Source: Phoronis australis | Lineage: Eukaryota; Animalia; Phoronida | NCBI GenBank assembly: GCA_002633005.1 | Contig: NMRA01000015.1 | Span: 551,239 to 615,238, forward strand | Direction: 5' to 3' | Length of the DNA: 64,000 bases | Made by a program: the position numbers and the translations under genes | Shown: piece after piece, positions 61,301-64,000 of the stretch | How positions within the stretch are numbered: the stretch's first letter is position 1 | Layout: each line of letters opens with the position of its first letter | The notes under the pieces: model-generated | What the model saw: only the letters and a program-made list of their open reading frames with translations | Database searches by the model: none | What the model was told of the DNA's origin: nothing

Positions 61301-61738
61301 TTCTATGCATCAGCTCAGGAACAATTCCTGAATCTGACGATCCTATTGTAAATTTTATCTCAAATAGTGAGCTTCGCAACTCAATTGTAATAACGCGTCC
61401 CTGTGCTTGATTTTGCTGCCCGGACAAAGTAAAGGAAGTAATTCCCCTGCAGTTGCCGCGACTCCTTGTCGGGAAAATAATCACTTGCTAAATTGGCTTC
61501 GATTTTCAATTTTTAGAAAAAATGTAGTTTAAAATCTTACAAAAACTTTCAACATATACCTCTGTTGTCTAAATGTAAAAATTCAGCGTCAAAAACGGGT
61601 GGGGGGGAGTGTAACGAATTTTAGTCGATAAGCTAAATGTCGGCGATGGGAAAATATTGCAGTGTTAGGAGCATGAAGCAGAATTTTTTAATCCCTTTGT
61701 CACAAGAATTTCACTCATTAAAGGCCCGGGAAGTTAAT

Positions 61739-61935
61739 CATGCACGCACCCGGGNCGGGGGGCAAAACGGTCCGCCTTGGAGAAACAAAAGGTCCGAGAA
61801 AACGAGACACGAGTCCTCTAAAAAGGCGTAAACGCACAATTCACAGCTCCGAACGTGGTACCCCGTTTCTCCCGCTTTTTTGTTAGAAGGTCGGAAATTC
61901 GAGCCCCCTCATATTAAAGGCTGGGTGCGCGCATG
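61739..61935. mobile_element. Small TIR element CATGC(A/G)CGCACCC...GGGTGCGCGCATG; similar ends at ~62355 and ~63940
   Basis: ~15-bp imperfect TIR; no clear TSD. Confidence 0.4.
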
Positions 61936-63074
61936 TTGATTAATGTGTTCATTTTGCCCCGCGAAGCACAGATGTCCGCGCAAGGCAGGCCAGGCGGTAC
62001 TATACGAATGTTTCTGGCAAAGTGGGAATTATTCCTTTTACTTTAAACTCATTAATACTTACTTTATATCATTTGGCACATTCGCACACTCAGCCTTTAA
62101 AGTTGGGGGGGGGGGGGGGGTNGGGGGGGGGTTAAATTGAGAATGAGGACCTTTTACTAAAAAAAGAAAAAAACGGAGTACGTTCAGAGCTATGAATTGA
62201 GCATTCGCCGAATTACTGCCTTTTTAGTGGACGTTTGTCTCGTTTTCTACCTTTTTCGGACTTTATGTTTCTCTTAGGCAGACCTTTTTGCCCACTGGTG
62301 ACTTCGCCAAATGGGAAACTCGTTGGAGCCCCCGAGCCTCCCCTGAGTGCGCGCATGTGGTACCATGGTAAATTTTCTTCCTGAAGTTATTTCGCCACCA
62401 AATGGTATTCTGTCGTTCATTGTTATTTGTTGGCAGTCAGTCGCCCGGCCATAATGGAAGTCGCGGGAGACCACCACCGGTATCTTAATTAGTTTCCGTC
62501 TCAGTAAATTTATTTTTGATATTTTCGCAAGTTTAATCGCCAGGATATTTTAACTGTATAGCAGTTATAATCAATTATTTTGAAGTTGCATGTTCGTTGT
62601 TCTGTTTATACTGTTTGTTTACCAGAGTTAATTTCACCCAGTAAAACACGCTTAGCCTAGCTCACAATAGTCGGCCTTGTTATTCAATCATTGGCACCGC
62701 ACTGTGACTAGTCCGTAATTTTATGCAAGTGTATGAACCTATCTTTGCATCATGCATACGGCATTTATGATTTGAACCATTTATTCCATTAAAACAGCTG
62801 GGGACGGCATGCCTTCGTCTTTCGCCAGTGCAGTGGTCTCGATCGGTCCTCACCGAGTCAGGTTGCAGATCCGGATCTGCAAAATAATTTCTGTCAAAAT
62901 TTATTTTGTCACATTTTGTCAACAATTTCAGTACAAATTGTCCCTTTCTTGGTTCCACGTTAAGGTCCGATATCGATTATTTTGTCCCCGTTTGCAGGCT
63001 GGTTTCCGTAACTGACAAAAACTGCTCCAGTCGCACACTCAGCCGACGTTCTTAGCCCCGCTGGGTTCCTGAAT

Positions 63075-63141
63075 GAATTTTGCTTCCGGTTTCGCAGTTA
63101 GTTCAAAATGGCGGTGTGTTCTTCGGGTCGGAATCGTGAGT
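63075..63141 (+). CDS. Probable first coding exon (63108-63135, MAVCSSGRN) and core promoter of an unidentified divergent gene
   Basis: ETS motif CTTCCGG, YY1/Kozak-type CAAAATGGCG on the ATG, then a C|GTGAGT donor. Confidence 0.55.
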
Positions 63142-64000
63142 GGCGCATTCATTTACACTGCATGTCTTCCACTACGGATTGGGTATTGGTTGTGGGATAG
63201 GTACTTCGTGGTTCCTTATAATTTCTTTATAATTTCTTCTAACCATTAATAAGGGTTAAAAACGTGTGCAACTAGGACTTTAAGCAAACCTTACGCTAAC
63301 AAGATTTGCACGCAAATGGACGTTTACCACGATTGTCCAGCGAACTAGGCCTACTATCTGAGGGTCGAATGCGCTGTCACCGATTGAAGGAAGCTATTGA
63401 CTTTTCATGGGGCTGGCTGAGTTTGTTGGATGAGATAACTGCGTTCGTAAACCAACACGCCTATTTAGCATACGAGTTTCTAAGTCAAAAACCGAACACG
63501 GGAAAAGACCAACATGACTGTTTTTATTTTTAAAATCGAGGCATTATAAGAGAAATTAGCGAATACATTTTCTTCAGCATCCCAGTTAAGCAATGAGCAT
63601 TAATTTGTGAATCGATTCTGACGGCCGGGTTAGTCACAGACTGGCACAATCTAGGTTAAGGCTCGCTTAGGCGTTGGGTACAACCCCACAACTCTTTGCA
63701 CTTAGAACGTCTAACGCTATGCAGGGGCGGATCCAGGAGTTTGAGTGAGGGGGGGGCAGGGCACAGGAATAAGCAGCATATCGGCAGATGCGCGCGCCCA
63801 GCCTAAAATGTGGGGATGCAGGGGTCTTGAATTCTTAAGTTTGCGGACCTGTTGACTAAAAAAATAAAAAAACGGTAAACGGGGTTTATTCAGGGCCTAT
63901 GCGTTGATTATTAACCCCCAAGACCCCCTGGTTGCGCGCATGTGCTAGTCAGCAGTTCGTACCCAAACTCACAAATGGGATCTGGTACAATTTTAGGGGG

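Overview
Eukaryotic (animal, probably invertebrate) genomic DNA. About 55 kb is one intron-rich minus-strand gene for multidomain acetyl-CoA carboxylase (ACC/ACACA-like: BC, BT, BCCP with VMKM, central domain, CT). I traced 42 coding exons by hand, from the N-terminal exon (55169-55407) to 2229-2496, with consistent splice phases; the C-terminus lies beyond the left edge. Notable points: a GC-AG intron; three frame-preserving candidate microexons at the central-domain SHPNR junction; one conserved exon not visible, possibly lost at the N at 28563; candidate alternative 5' exons, one encoding a hydrophobic N-terminus; and several tandem repeats that duplicate real splice sites. Introns contain minisatellites, non-autonomous TIR elements, two Helentron-like elements and tRNA-headed SINEs. 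A probable first exon of a divergent plus-strand gene lies near 63.1 kb. No rRNA, intact tRNA or CRISPR array was seen. All coordinates were read manually and are unverified by alignment or RNA data.
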